IMG/VR virus record: IMGVR_UViG_3300042288_002474
Strand: one strand, 5' to 3'
From: an uncultured virus (IMG/VR IMGVR_UViG_3300042288_002474)
Taxonomy: Duplodnaviria > Heunggongvirae > Uroviricota > Caudoviricetes
Length of the DNA stretch: 20,000 nucleotides
Shown: positions 1 through 8,764 of the stretch, one piece after another
How the letters are laid out: every line of letters begins with the position of its first letter
Position numbering within the stretch: the stretch's first letter is position 1
The notes under the pieces: model-generated
Databases searched by the model: none
What the model saw: the letters and a program-made list of their open reading frames with translations, nothing else
Told to the model about the DNA's origin: nothing
Program-made: the position numbers and the translations under genes

Positions 1-1
1 G

Positions 2-85
2 CCTACGAGTACGGGAGTCGAACCCGCTTGCACCGCATTTGTTATCCTCTCTGTGCGGAAAATCTTCATTCCGCCAACTCGCAGG
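2..85 (-). ncRNA. tRNA-like structured RNA without a recognisable anticodon arm
   Basis: Minus strand: CCTGCGAGT/ACTCGTAGG 9-bp acceptor-like helix, TG linker, GCGGAA-N8-TTCCGC D-like hairpin, canonical T arm GCGGG-TTCGACT-CCCGT. The central part does not form an anticodon stem. The 3' end is at the window edge. Confidence 0.55.
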
Positions 86-99
86 TTTATATTGTTACA

Positions 100-267
100 T
101 TAATTAACTTCAGGAGGAAGGTACAAGTCGTCTCCAGGCAACCGCCTTTCTGTAATTTCTTCCCTGTCGTTACTTAATATTAATGGGTATATTAATGGGT
201 TATTTTTGCCCTTGCGCGATCTTATCCTTGGGACGGTCATTGTGAATATTTGTAGTTTGTTTTGCAT
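100..267 (-). CDS. Small hypothetical protein (55 aa, MQNKLQIFTMTVPRIRSRKG...LPPEVN)
   Basis: Translated by hand (below the ORF-track cutoff). ATG is preceded by AGGA and the ORF ends 14 nt before the tRNA-like element. Confidence 0.45.
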   Translation of the reverse strand: MQNKLQIFTMTVPRIRSRKGKNNPLIYPLILSNDREEITERRLPGDDLYLPPEVN

Positions 268-342
268 TTTCCTAATCTTCTTTAACTTGTGGGATATTTT
301 ATATTATACTATACTATAGATATACCCAAATAAAAAGTTAAA

Positions 343-1161
343 ATGCCATTAATTAATCAAAATCCCAATTACGTCCCCAATGTTCCTAATATTGGGATAG
401 AGGAATTAAATAGGGTAAAATCTTATGCCTTAGAAGGTAGGGAAAATAACGAAGAAGCTTGTGGAATTATCCTTAAAAATAATAAGGAAGTTTTAAATTT
501 AAGGAACGCTCACCCTGTCCCAGAGGATAGCTTTAGAATTACCTTAACTGACTTTAAAAAAGAAGATATTTTATTATTTTGGCACTCGCACTTTAAGGAC
601 TCTCATCAAGGAAGTTTTACGTCCCAAGATTTAGCCTTAGCTAATTATTTAAACATACCATCTTTGCTTTACCACGCCCATGAAGATTTTAATAACTGGG
701 ATTATTACGAACCTTCAAACCCCAATCCTTATCCATTAAATAAAATTAATTATAGTCCCGATGAAATAGAATTTTACTTAGGATGGCGTTTTGATTGGGG
801 GCGGACAGATTGCTTTGCATTAGTCCGTAGATATTTCTTAGGTGCTTTAAATATAGAAATTGGGGAATGGAAACGCCCAGAAGAACCGCCCAGTAACGGT
901 AATCTTAATTGGTCATTTGAGGATTATTGGGATTTCTCCCAAAGTTTTAATAAATTACCATTACATTCTTCCCAATTTAAGCTAAATGATATTTTTGGCA
1001 TTGCCTTAAGAGGTGGCGGAAAAGCTAATCACTTAGCTGTATTAATTAACCCAGAATTAAACTTAATCCTTCACAGTCCTGGTGTGCGCCAAAAAAGCAG
1101 GTTGGATGTTTTTGACGATAATTGGCGAAAATTAGTGGTTAATCACGGGAGGCTAAAATAA
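343..1161 (+). CDS. Tail tip assembly protein K (lambda gpK-like; JAB/MPN + NlpC/P60)
   Basis: JAB motif EEACG...WHSH...SQD; NlpC/P60 motif FDWGRTDCFALVR...NHLAV...ILH; upstream of I- and J-like genes. Confidence 0.88.
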   Translation: MPLINQNPNYVPNVPNIGIEELNRVKSYALEGRENNEEACGIILKNNKEVLNLRNAHPVPEDSFRITLTDFKKEDILLFWHSHFKDSHQGSFTSQDLALANYLNIPSLLYHAHEDFNNWDYYEPSNPNPYPLNKINYSPDEIEFYLGWRFDWGRTDCFALVRRYFLGALNIEIGEWKRPEEPPSNGNLNWSFEDYWDFSQSFNKLPLHSSQFKLNDIFGIALRGGGKANHLAVLINPELNLILHSPGVRQKSRLDVFDDNWRKLVVNHGRLK

Positions 1162-1748
1162 TGTTAACTAAAATAATCCTTAAGGGAAATTTAGGGGAAA
1201 AGTTTGGGGAAGAGTTTAATGCAAGCGTAGAAAATCCTAAAGAGGTAATTGATTTTTTATCCTCGCAATTCCCCGACTTTAAAAACTTTGTACTTTCCCA
1301 AAGGGAATCTCAATATAAGATAACTTGCGTTGGCGAAAATTGGGAAAAAGAATTAACGCCGCATGACCCCAATCTCCAACTCTTCCCTATTTCTGGCAAA
1401 ACAATAATCATAGAAGAGGTTTTCGAGGGTAGCGGGGATGGGTTTATGCGATTTCTTTCACCCATATTATTAATTAGTGTGGGGATTATAACTAGTAATA
1501 CGGCTCTAATTGTTGGCGGAATTGTCCAAGGACTCCAAAGTATTTTATTTGGATACCCACCTAAACCAACGGAAGACAAGCGTAGTGTAAATTTCCAGGG
1601 AGGCAGCGCTAGAACTCAAGAGGGAACGCCTATCCCGATAGCTATTGGCAGTCAGGTAAAAATTAAGGATGTGATGATATTGACTTACGATATAGTGTCG
1701 GAATATACTAATGTCGGTGGCGGCGGTAGTGGCGGAAAGGGTAAATAA
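1161..1748 (+). CDS. Tail tip assembly protein I (lambda gpI-like)
   Basis: N-terminal IILKGNLGEKFG...V.NPKEVI, hydrophobic Gly-rich middle, C-terminal QEGTPIPIAIG; TAATG coupling with K. Confidence 0.85.
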   Translation: MLTKIILKGNLGEKFGEEFNASVENPKEVIDFLSSQFPDFKNFVLSQRESQYKITCVGENWEKELTPHDPNLQLFPISGKTIIIEEVFEGSGDGFMRFLSPILLISVGIITSNTALIVGGIVQGLQSILFGYPPKPTEDKRSVNFQGGSARTQEGTPIPIAIGSQVKIKDVMILTYDIVSEYTNVGGGGSGGKGK

Positions 1749-1750
1749 TT

Positions 1751-3985
1751 ATGGGATTTGGTAGGAAAGAGAGGGAAAATGCGCCCGTTAGTGGCACAAC
1801 TAAAGATTATATTAGAGGCATTGCCGGACTTTGCGAGGGAGTGATTGAGGGTTTACCCAATGGAAGTAAGGATATTTCCCTAAACGGGACTCCCTTACAA
1901 AACAGTGACGACAGCTTTAATTTCCTGAATTTTTCTTGGGATTTAAGAGTTGGGACTAAAGATCAAACAGCTTTTCCGAATGGCTTAAACGAAACTTCAA
2001 TAGACAACACTATAAATGTTGAAGTAACCAATTCTTTAAGCGCAACCCGCACCGTATTTAATGCAGATGTTACAGCTTTAAGGATTAGGCTGGCTATTCA
2101 ATTAGATAATAAAGGGCAGGAAGATAGCATAACTTTTAGGATTTTAGTTAAGGAAGGTAGCGGTGGTTCTTTTATTGAGAAAGCCGTCCCTACTATTAGT
2201 GGGAGATTTCCTACATTTACTACTTTCCAATACTTCTACCAAGTAGATGAAACTTTAGACGAGTATTCCGTAAGAGTAGAAAAAATCTCTGATGATTCTG
2301 TAACAACAGATTTAGTAAGATCCTTACAATGGTTAACTTTTACTGAAGTTGTTCAGAAACAAATTGCTTATATCGGCACAGCCTTAATTGCCTACAATTT
2401 TAATAGTGAGTTGTTCACATCCGATCCAGAAGTTTCGTTATTTTTAGCTGGCAGTATTTTTTCTATTCCCACTAATTCCACTATTAATACTTTAAGGACA
2501 GATAGAGGATTAACTTTTAGCGGTGGTTGGGATGGAAACTTTTTTACTCCAACTTTGGCGACGACTGACCCAGCTTGGGCGGTTTATGCTTTATTTACTA
2601 GGAGTAGGCAGGACGGCGGTTTAGGTTATTCCACTACTCAAGTTAATAAGTGGGATTTATACCAATGCTCCGTTTATAATAATGTATTAATAAGCAATGG
2701 TTTTGGTGGTACAGAAAGGCGTTACAGTTTTAACGGCTTAATAACTCAGCAGCAAGTAACAATTGAAACAATTAGGGGAATTTGTGCGACTTTTGCAACA
2801 AAACCTTATTGGGACGGAACTCAGTGGCGTTTTTGGCAACAGCGACCTACGACTGTGTTGCCAAGAATTTTGTGTAACGCTGACGTAAGAGACGGGAAAT
2901 TTTCTCCATCACAAGGTGAGTACCAAGCGATAACCACAGCTTGCAAAGTTTGGTACACCGATCCAACTAATGATTATGAACAAAGTCCTGAACCAGTGGA
3001 AGTAGCTGAGGCAATAACTAAATATGGATATCATCAGGAAGAATTTACAGCTTTAGGAATTATTACTCGCGGCGCGGCTATTAGAGCGGGGCGCAGAATT
3101 ATTTACAATTCGCTACCTAAATATAATAAGCAAATTACTTTTGAGTGTAGACCTCATGCAATATTTTTTAAACCTGGAGAGGTGGTACAAATCGCCGATA
3201 GTGCTAGAGGTAGGCAAAGAAAAGCTGGGCTTATTTCATCTGCCACTTCTACGGCTATTACTTTAGATGCTCCAACGTCTGTTAGTGGAAGTGATGCGGT
3301 AATTGTTTTAACTTTAACCGACGAATCTAATAATATCTATACCTTAGAAAGAGATATCTCAAATGCAGCAGGAACGCATACGATAATTAATGTTTCGCAG
3401 TCCCTTTCGGTATTGCCATTGCCACACTCAACGTGGCAAATAGTAGACGGATCGGTAACTTTGCATCGTTACCAAATTTTAGATATTAGTCCATCCGACA
3501 ATCCATTATTTTTTAGCATTACTGCTAAACTTTATGATCCGGATTTAGAAAGTAAAATAGAGTCTGGAATAAGTATTACGGAATGGCCTGCCATTAACAG
3601 ACCTCCTGCCGTTATGACTCCTCCCAATAACCTTGTCGTAAATATTTTAAGTGATGAAGTAGGGATAGAGTCTTATTGGGAACAACCTACAAGAATAGGC
3701 GGAGGGTTAGAAAGTTATACAAAATCTTATATTGCAGAATATAAGATTGGGCTAAACGGAAGTTGGGGAAACAGAATTAGTACCGTAAATTTATATGCTT
3801 CTTGGAATTTTCCCACAATTTTAACTACCACTTATTACGTTAGGGTCGCTGCTATTTCAACGCAAGGTAAAACTTCCCGATGGGTCGTACAATCCAAAGC
3901 TTATGCACAGATAAGTTGGACTGGATTAAGTGAGGATTCCTGGCTTACTGTGGGAGAAGATGAATGGTTCGGAATGGGTGTATAA
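1751..3985 (+). CDS. Tail tip attachment / central fibre protein J (lambda gpJ-like, 744 aa)
   Basis: LCEGVIEGL...ISLNGTPLQNSD, WDGNF...TTDPAW, ERRYSFNG, PGEVVQIAD motifs and a C-terminal FN3-like YYVRVAAIS; K-I-J synteny. Confidence 0.9.
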   Translation: MGFGRKERENAPVSGTTKDYIRGIAGLCEGVIEGLPNGSKDISLNGTPLQNSDDSFNFLNFSWDLRVGTKDQTAFPNGLNETSIDNTINVEVTNSLSATRTVFNADVTALRIRLAIQLDNKGQEDSITFRILVKEGSGGSFIEKAVPTISGRFPTFTTFQYFYQVDETLDEYSVRVEKISDDSVTTDLVRSLQWLTFTEVVQKQIAYIGTALIAYNFNSELFTSDPEVSLFLAGSIFSIPTNSTINTLRTDRGLTFSGGWDGNFFTPTLATTDPAWAVYALFTRSRQDGGLGYSTTQVNKWDLYQCSVYNNVLISNGFGGTERRYSFNGLITQQQVTIETIRGICATFATKPYWDGTQWRFWQQRPTTVLPRILCNADVRDGKFSPSQGEYQAITTACKVWYTDPTNDYEQSPEPVEVAEAITKYGYHQEEFTALGIITRGAAIRAGRRIIYNSLPKYNKQITFECRPHAIFFKPGEVVQIADSARGRQRKAGLISSATSTAITLDAPTSVSGSDAVIVLTLTDESNNIYTLERDISNAAGTHTIINVSQSLSVLPLPHSTWQIVDGSVTLHRYQILDISPSDNPLFFSITAKLYDPDLESKIESGISITEWPAINRPPAVMTPPNNLVVNILSDEVGIESYWEQPTRIGGGLESYTKSYIAEYKIGLNGSWGNRISTVNLYASWNFPTILTTTYYVRVAAISTQGKTSRWVVQSKAYAQISWTGLSEDSWLTVGEDEWFGMGV

Positions 3986-4020
3986 TACAATACTAAACAA
4001 TACTAAGGAGGTAATTAAAT

Positions 4021-4653
4021 ATGCCCACTTTAACGGGATATAAAAGGGATACTTTAGCGGATTTATTAGCGATTCCCGCCGATAAAAGAGCAAACGGATT
4101 AAATATAAAAGTCCTAAGTCTTAGGAGTTGGTTTCAGTTTGAATCTTCAGCAACGACTGGAGGATTCGCTCCTGACGACAACCCCAGTACGGGGCGGTGG
4201 TTTCCTGATCAAAACGCAACAGGAGTTTTAACCACTTTATTAACGGGATTTTCTGTAGGAAGCGCGATAGCAATAGCCGCAACCGACACTATTTTGCAAG
4301 CCTTTGGAAAGATCCAGTCCTTGCTTAATTCTAAGACGGATAAGTTATTGGTAATTAATTCCCAAACCGCATCTTATACCCTAATTTTAAGTGACGCAGA
4401 CAAGTTAGTAGAAATGAATGTCTCCGCAAGCAATAACTTAACAATTCCGCCCAATGTAGATGCGGCTTTCCCTATTGGGACACAAATTTTAATTGCCCAA
4501 TATGGATCGGGACAAACAACTTTGGTAGGAGGAGTTGGCGTGAATTTAAGAAGCGATGGTAATAAGTTGAAAATCTCCACACAATACTCAGGTGTAACTT
4601 TAGTTAAAAGAGGTGTTAATGAGTGGTATGTGTTCGGGAGTTTGGCGGCATGA
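4021..4653 (+). CDS. Tail fibre-associated protein
   Basis: Strong RBS AAGGAGGT at 4005-4012; motifs ATDTILQAFGKIQ and QTASYTLILSD...LTIP...FPIGTQI...WYVFG resemble phage fibre/adaptor domains; position after J. Confidence 0.65.
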   Translation: MPTLTGYKRDTLADLLAIPADKRANGLNIKVLSLRSWFQFESSATTGGFAPDDNPSTGRWFPDQNATGVLTTLLTGFSVGSAIAIAATDTILQAFGKIQSLLNSKTDKLLVINSQTASYTLILSDADKLVEMNVSASNNLTIPPNVDAAFPIGTQILIAQYGSGQTTLVGGVGVNLRSDGNKLKISTQYSGVTLVKRGVNEWYVFGSLAA

Positions 4654-5441
4654 TATTAAGTAATAATGGAATTATTCAGTCGGGTAAAAGCTTAGGTGGC
4701 GGGGGTGGTGGTGGTGCAGATCCTTTTGCCGCAAACGTAGTTCTATTTCTTAAAGGCAATGGCACTAATAATACGAATATTGTTGATAATTCTAGTTTTA
4801 ATCATTCAATCATGAACCAAAACGGAGTAATCAACACAATTAACCCTAAAAAGTATGGTCTTGGTAGTTTGTTTTTTTCGGGTGCTAACCACCTCGCCCT
4901 AGGTTCTGATTTTGTGTCTAATTTTGTGTCTAATTTTGAACCCTTTGCAGGGAGCAAAAAAACTATAGATTCTTTGATCAAAATAGACGAACCAGCGACA
5001 TATTGGGTATCAGGCATAATCGGGAATTATAGAGCTGTATCGGCTAATGGTCGCTGGCGAATGGGTTATACTACTTCATCTTCATTAATAAATCCAAATC
5101 CCACGATATCCCTACACTTCACTTGGACTACAAGCCAAGGTACTGAGACTGAAGTAGTTTTTACTCAACCTTATGTAAATGATTTCAATCATTTAGCCGC
5201 TTGCATAGATTCTACAATACCTCAAGCAACTATTATCTATCTTTGCATTAATGGAGTAGTTCAAGCCTTTAACAATAATAACTTTGCAAGTCAAACAACT
5301 TTATTCAATGCCCATACTATTGGCGGAGGCATGGATTACACAACTGCCATAAAAGCTCATGTAAATGTTTTGAGGCTTACAAAAAACGTCAGGTACACAG
5401 CCAACTTTAATGTTGAAACTGACACTTACTTGAATGTTTAG
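4650..5441 (+). CDS. LamG/concanavalin A-like lectin domain tail protein (putative receptor-binding protein)
   Basis: Start moved to the ATGA overlap at 4650. Gly linker, DPFAANVVLFLKGNG, KYGLGSLFFSG, FNHLA...LCING and LRLTKNVRYTANF are typical of phage LamG fibre domains. Confidence 0.72.
   Translation: MILSNNGIIQSGKSLGGGGGGGADPFAANVVLFLKGNGTNNTNIVDNSSFNHSIMNQNGVINTINPKKYGLGSLFFSGANHLALGSDFVSNFVSNFEPFAGSKKTIDSLIKIDEPATYWVSGIIGNYRAVSANGRWRMGYTTSSSLINPNPTISLHFTWTTSQGTETEVVFTQPYVNDFNHLAACIDSTIPQATIIYLCINGVVQAFNNNNFASQTTLFNAHTIGGGMDYTTAIKAHVNVLRLTKNVRYTANFNVETDTYLNV
4909..4938 (+). repeat. In-frame 12-bp tandem duplication (ATTTTGTGTCTA x2.5; FVSN FVSN F)
   Basis: Read directly from the sequence. 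Confidence 0.8.
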
Positions 5442-5511
5442 TTATGAAATTCAACAACTACTATCTGATTTATTCAAAAAACCATAGCTCGGTTCGCGCA
5501 GGTATACAAAT

Positions 5512-6282
5512 ATGGCAATTTTAGAATTACCTCCCGTTAAATGGGAATTAACTAAGGTTAAAAAAATAGAAAGTAACGGAGACGGGTTAGGCGATGGATA
5601 TACCTTAACCGGAAGTGTCCCCTTCTCAGGCAGAGATACTTTTAACATTACGATACCGGGATTAACCACTGTAAAATTTAATGAGATTTGGGCGATAATT
5701 AAGGATTTTGCGGGCTACAAAACCTTTGGATGGCGAGAATTTTCTTGGCAAGATTACAAAACTTATGTTTTTGATGGTGAGCCGCAAGTTATTCCTCAAG
5801 GTTTGGATTGTTGGGAATTAAGGCTAATTTTAAAGGAAACGAGTCCGAGTCCGTCGGAGTTTATCGGAGTTATTCGTATGACTTGCGATAACGAATTCAC
5901 TCTTTTCCTAAATGGTGTGGAAGTAGGAAGTTGGGATAATTGGCCAGTTGCCAATGTTTTTTCTGTGGATTTTTTGTATGAGAATCAGATAGCTGTTGCT
6001 TGCCGTGATTTTGGGGTTATTTCTGGACTGTTGGGCGATATATCGGTTAACGGAAGTAGAATTAATACCGACTCTAGTTGGAAATATTCTCTTACAGAGC
6101 AAACTGGATGGAAAGAATTAGGTTTTAATGAAAGTTCGTGGACTAATGCCACGGAAGTATCGAATTACCAAGGGGGAAGGTGGCCTACTATAGCTAACAT
6201 GGATGGGACAACAGCTAAGTGGATATGGTCTTCAAGTGAATCAGACGACCTCGTTTATTTCAGAAAAAAATTAATATTTTAG
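5512..6282 (+). CDS. Distal tail protein (lambda gpM-like N-terminus) fused to a beta-sandwich carbohydrate-binding-like domain
   Basis: N-terminal ~110 aa with LGDGYT...GYKTFGW resembles gpM. C-terminal CDNEFTLFLNG...TDSSWK...F.ESSW...AKWIW...VYFRK is a jelly-roll/lectin-like pattern. Precedes the gpL-like gene. Confidence 0.62.
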   Translation: MAILELPPVKWELTKVKKIESNGDGLGDGYTLTGSVPFSGRDTFNITIPGLTTVKFNEIWAIIKDFAGYKTFGWREFSWQDYKTYVFDGEPQVIPQGLDCWELRLILKETSPSPSEFIGVIRMTCDNEFTLFLNGVEVGSWDNWPVANVFSVDFLYENQIAVACRDFGVISGLLGDISVNGSRINTDSSWKYSLTEQTGWKELGFNESSWTNATEVSNYQGGRWPTIANMDGTTAKWIWSSSESDDLVYFRKKLIF

Positions 6283-6296
6283 GGTTTAAATAATTT

Positions 6297-6935
6297 ATGA
6301 CTAATTTAGCAAAAGAATTACAATCTTTGGATGTAGAAAGTCCTATAGACTTAATTACAGTTACAGCAAACTCCCAGATTTTAAGATTTTGTAATTTATC
6401 TACGGTTAACTTCCAAAGCTTGACTTATCTAGCTAGACCTTGCGAAATATCTTGGCTGGGGCAATCAGGAGAGGGTACAGAATTAAGTAGTAAATTAAGT
6501 GTGTCGGATATTGATGGAGTAGTTGGAATATTAATTGACAATTACGAAGAAGATGTAATTGGTGCATCCGTTAATGTAAAAAGAACTTTAAAAATGTTTT
6601 TGGATGGGGAAAGTTCAGAAGATCCTACACAGTTTGTAGAGTTTAGCTTAAGAATAAACAGTTGGACTGGGCAATATGGCATAGGGTTTGAATTTAATTT
6701 AATCCCACTAGCTTCACTAGAGAGAAGAAAAATTCCTGGAAGAACTTACTTAAGGCGTTGTGGCTGGGAGTTTAGGGACTCTAACTGTGCAGCCACAACC
6801 GCGCTAAACTTTGATATCTTTGGCAATGCTACAACTTTAGTCAATAGCGTTTGCGGTAAAGATTTAGATAGTTGCGGAAGATACCAAAACTTATTAAGGT
6901 ATGGTGGTTTTCCAGGTATTGTTAGGAATAATTAA
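6297..6935 (+). CDS. Tail tip protein L (lambda gpL-like, 4-Cys Fe-S motif)
   Basis: VIGASVNVKRTLKMFLD, and C-terminal CGWEFRDSNC...CGKDLDSC...YGGFPG. Confidence 0.88.
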   Translation: MTNLAKELQSLDVESPIDLITVTANSQILRFCNLSTVNFQSLTYLARPCEISWLGQSGEGTELSSKLSVSDIDGVVGILIDNYEEDVIGASVNVKRTLKMFLDGESSEDPTQFVEFSLRINSWTGQYGIGFEFNLIPLASLERRKIPGRTYLRRCGWEFRDSNCAATTALNFDIFGNATTLVNSVCGKDLDSCGRYQNLLRYGGFPGIVRNN

Positions 6936-6941
6936 ATTTAT

Positions 6942-7754
6942 TTACTTAATTAATTCCTTAATTTCACTAGGAATAATAAATTGTGAGATTCCCCAATATT
7001 TAACAACTGCATTTACTACTATAGTAGCTGTAATGTTAATCATAATAATTATTATGATTATTGTTTTTTTACCTCCTGGGATGTTGTTAAAAAACCGAGC
7101 TAATGATGCTAGTTTTTGGATTTCGTCTCTATTTTCTGTGAATTTCTCCCACCCCTCATCGTCATTACTTTGGCGCACTTCTAATTTATTTAGTCTAGCC
7201 ATGAGGCTATCCTGGTCTATAAAAATATCCCTTTCTAATTGGGAATATTTAGCCAAGGCTTGCTTTGATAAAATTTCTACTTCTACCACGCTAGTGTTTT
7301 GGGGTTTTTCCCCACTTACGCTAGGATTTAGTGCGAGGATTAAAGCCTTAAGATCATTCCTCTCGTTACTTAAAGCTAATGCAGAAGGGAGGTAATTTAA
7401 TATATTGAAAAGCCTTTCTTCGTTAGCAATAACTTCCGTTATGTCTGTCGCTACGTTTAAGATTCCCCACTCAAATTTTTTACTTACCACCATTAAAACT
7501 TGGGTTTTCGGACACCTTTCTTGCCTATAAATCCATTTATCCTCAGTTCCGACGGGTGTGTTAATCAAAACCTTCATCCTTTGCGGTAGACCCTCGCATC
7601 CAACTTCGCAATCAATTGATTGTCCGTTAAGAGTTTTTTCCGAGGCAAATTTTTTTAATCCTGGGCTAACGGCAATATATCTTAAATCCAAGCTTATTGC
7701 AGAGACATATCCAGGCATCAATTCTATGATCTCCAAAAACTTAAAGTCATCCAT
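6942..7754 (-). CDS. PAS-domain protein with coiled coil and C-terminal transmembrane helix
   Basis: IIELMPGYVSAISLDLRYIAVS at the start and the DITE terminus are typical PAS boundaries; hydrophobic run IIIIIIMINITATIVVNAVV near the C-terminus. Confidence 0.65.
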   Translation of the reverse strand: MDDFKFLEIIELMPGYVSAISLDLRYIAVSPGLKKFASEKTLNGQSIDCEVGCEGLPQRMKVLINTPVGTEDKWIYRQERCPKTQVLMVVSKKFEWGILNVATDITEVIANEERLFNILNYLPSALALSNERNDLKALILALNPSVSGEKPQNTSVVEVEILSKQALAKYSQLERDIFIDQDSLMARLNKLEVRQSNDDEGWEKFTENRDEIQKLASLARFFNNIPGGKKTIIIIIIMINITATIVVNAVVKYWGISQFIIPSEIKELIK

Positions 7755-7786
7755 TAGAGTAAATGTAAATGAGTATAATTCTTTAC

Positions 7787-7795
7787 ATTATAGCA
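7787..7795 (-). promoter_or_regulatory. Extended -10 promoter (TGCTATAAT) for the PAS gene
   Basis: Perfect TGnTATAAT 33 nt upstream of ATG 7754. Confidence 0.6.
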
Positions 7796-7854
7796 AAGTA
7801 TTTTTACTTACTTAATTTACGTAATACAGCGCGCCGCAATGGTAGATTAAAAAA

Positions 7855-7937
7855 CGTCAAGAGAAATCCTTATTAAAAGAAAAATCCTTTGACACCATTC
7901 ACCTGACTCTGCGTTTTAAGATTTTTTTGCGATCGCG
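7855..7937 (+). repeat. Dispersed ~85-bp intergenic repeat, copy A, ending in a HIP1 site
   Basis: Shares blocks CGTCA, AAATCCTTAT, AAGAAAA, GACnCCATT, TGAC, TCTGCGTTTTAAGATTTTT and TTGCGATCGCG with 14417-14506. Confidence 0.8.
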
Positions 7938-8109
7938 TATCTGTTATGATGGGATGGCGCAGAGAAGAAGTCTTAGTTAATAGCATATTTCCTTAATTTA
8001 TTTGGAATAATAATATTTTTTGGCGCGGGTCTAGGTTTAGTTATTTTTCTCTTCATCCTACTTCTGCCACCATTATCAAATTTTAAATCTGTGGGACAAT
8101 ATAAATTTA

Positions 8110-8136
8110 CTCCCATAAATTAAAAAAATATGGGAG
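8110..8136 (-). terminator. Hairpin, probable terminator of the minus-strand small-ORF operon
   Basis: CTCCCATA/TATGGGAG inverted repeat just after the stop at 8145; weak U-tract. Confidence 0.45.
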
Positions 8137-8144
8137 CGGTAATT

Positions 8145-8330
8145 TTACCCTATTATAAAACTTTGTATTGGCGCAACCTCTGAAGAGGTTTTGTGTTCTG
8201 GAATCAATTTCCGCTCGATCTTGAAACCTTCTAATTCAAGAGTCGTGCAAATTCTTTCCATTACTTGTCGCCTGTCCATCCCAACAGGCGACTGTATCCA
8301 CAGAATCTCATCGCAGGGCATTCCGATCAC
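8145..8330 (-). CDS. Hypothetical protein (61 aa)
   Basis: GTG start overlaps the upstream stop (GTGA); part of a tightly packed operon. Confidence 0.5.
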   Translation of the reverse strand: MIGMPCDEILWIQSPVGMDRRQVMERICTTLELEGFKIERKLIPEHKTSSEVAPIQSFIIG

Positions 8331-8473
8331 CCCGAAAGCTTTTTCTCTAAGATCTTTCTGTACGATATTTTTAATTCTGCACTAGTAGAGAACTCCATCC
8401 AAAACATATTGGTATCTTCTGAAGCCCAGACTAAAACATCGTAACTTGGTTTTATCCCAGAAAAATCAAACAT
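8327..8473 (-). CDS. Hypothetical protein (48 aa, MFDFSGIKPSYDVLVW...KKLSG)
   Basis: Translated by hand; fills the gap between the 8480 and 8330 ORFs with GTGA coupling. Confidence 0.5.
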   Translation of the reverse strand: MFDFSGIKPSYDVLVWASEDTNMFWMEFSTSAELKISYRKILEKKLSG

Positions 8474-8479
8474 TTTTTA

Positions 8480-8764
8480 CTATCCCTTGTTTTTAATTAC
8501 ACGAAACTCGCCGCTGATGTGATTGTATTCAAGTTCTTCATCGTTTTCTAACGGATGTATTTCCTTAATTAATTCCGTTATTGTGTCCCAAGCTTTATCT
8601 TTTTCTTTTAATAGTTCAACGTGGGCGGAAACTGCGGCTTTAATTAAATCTTCTAACCCTATATTGCCTAGCATTAAAGAACTCTCAAAAACTCTTTTAG
8701 CACAGTCCTGATCCTTGCTAAAAATAAAAACTTTTTCGCCATTTGGTTTAATTTTAATTTCCAT
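8480..8764 (-). CDS. Hypothetical protein (94 aa)
   Basis: AGGA RBS, protein-like composition, operon context. Confidence 0.65.
   Translation of the reverse strand: MEIKIKPNGEKVFIFSKDQDCAKRVFESSLMLGNIGLEDLIKAAVSAHVELLKEKDKAWDTITELIKEIHPLENDEELEYNHISGEFRVIKNKG

Noticed and set aside
7798..7811. NtcA-like GTA-N8-TAC next to the PAS gene promoter
   Set aside because: Only six specified bases in AT-rich DNA, and it abuts the -10 instead of the usual activator position, so chance cannot be excluded.
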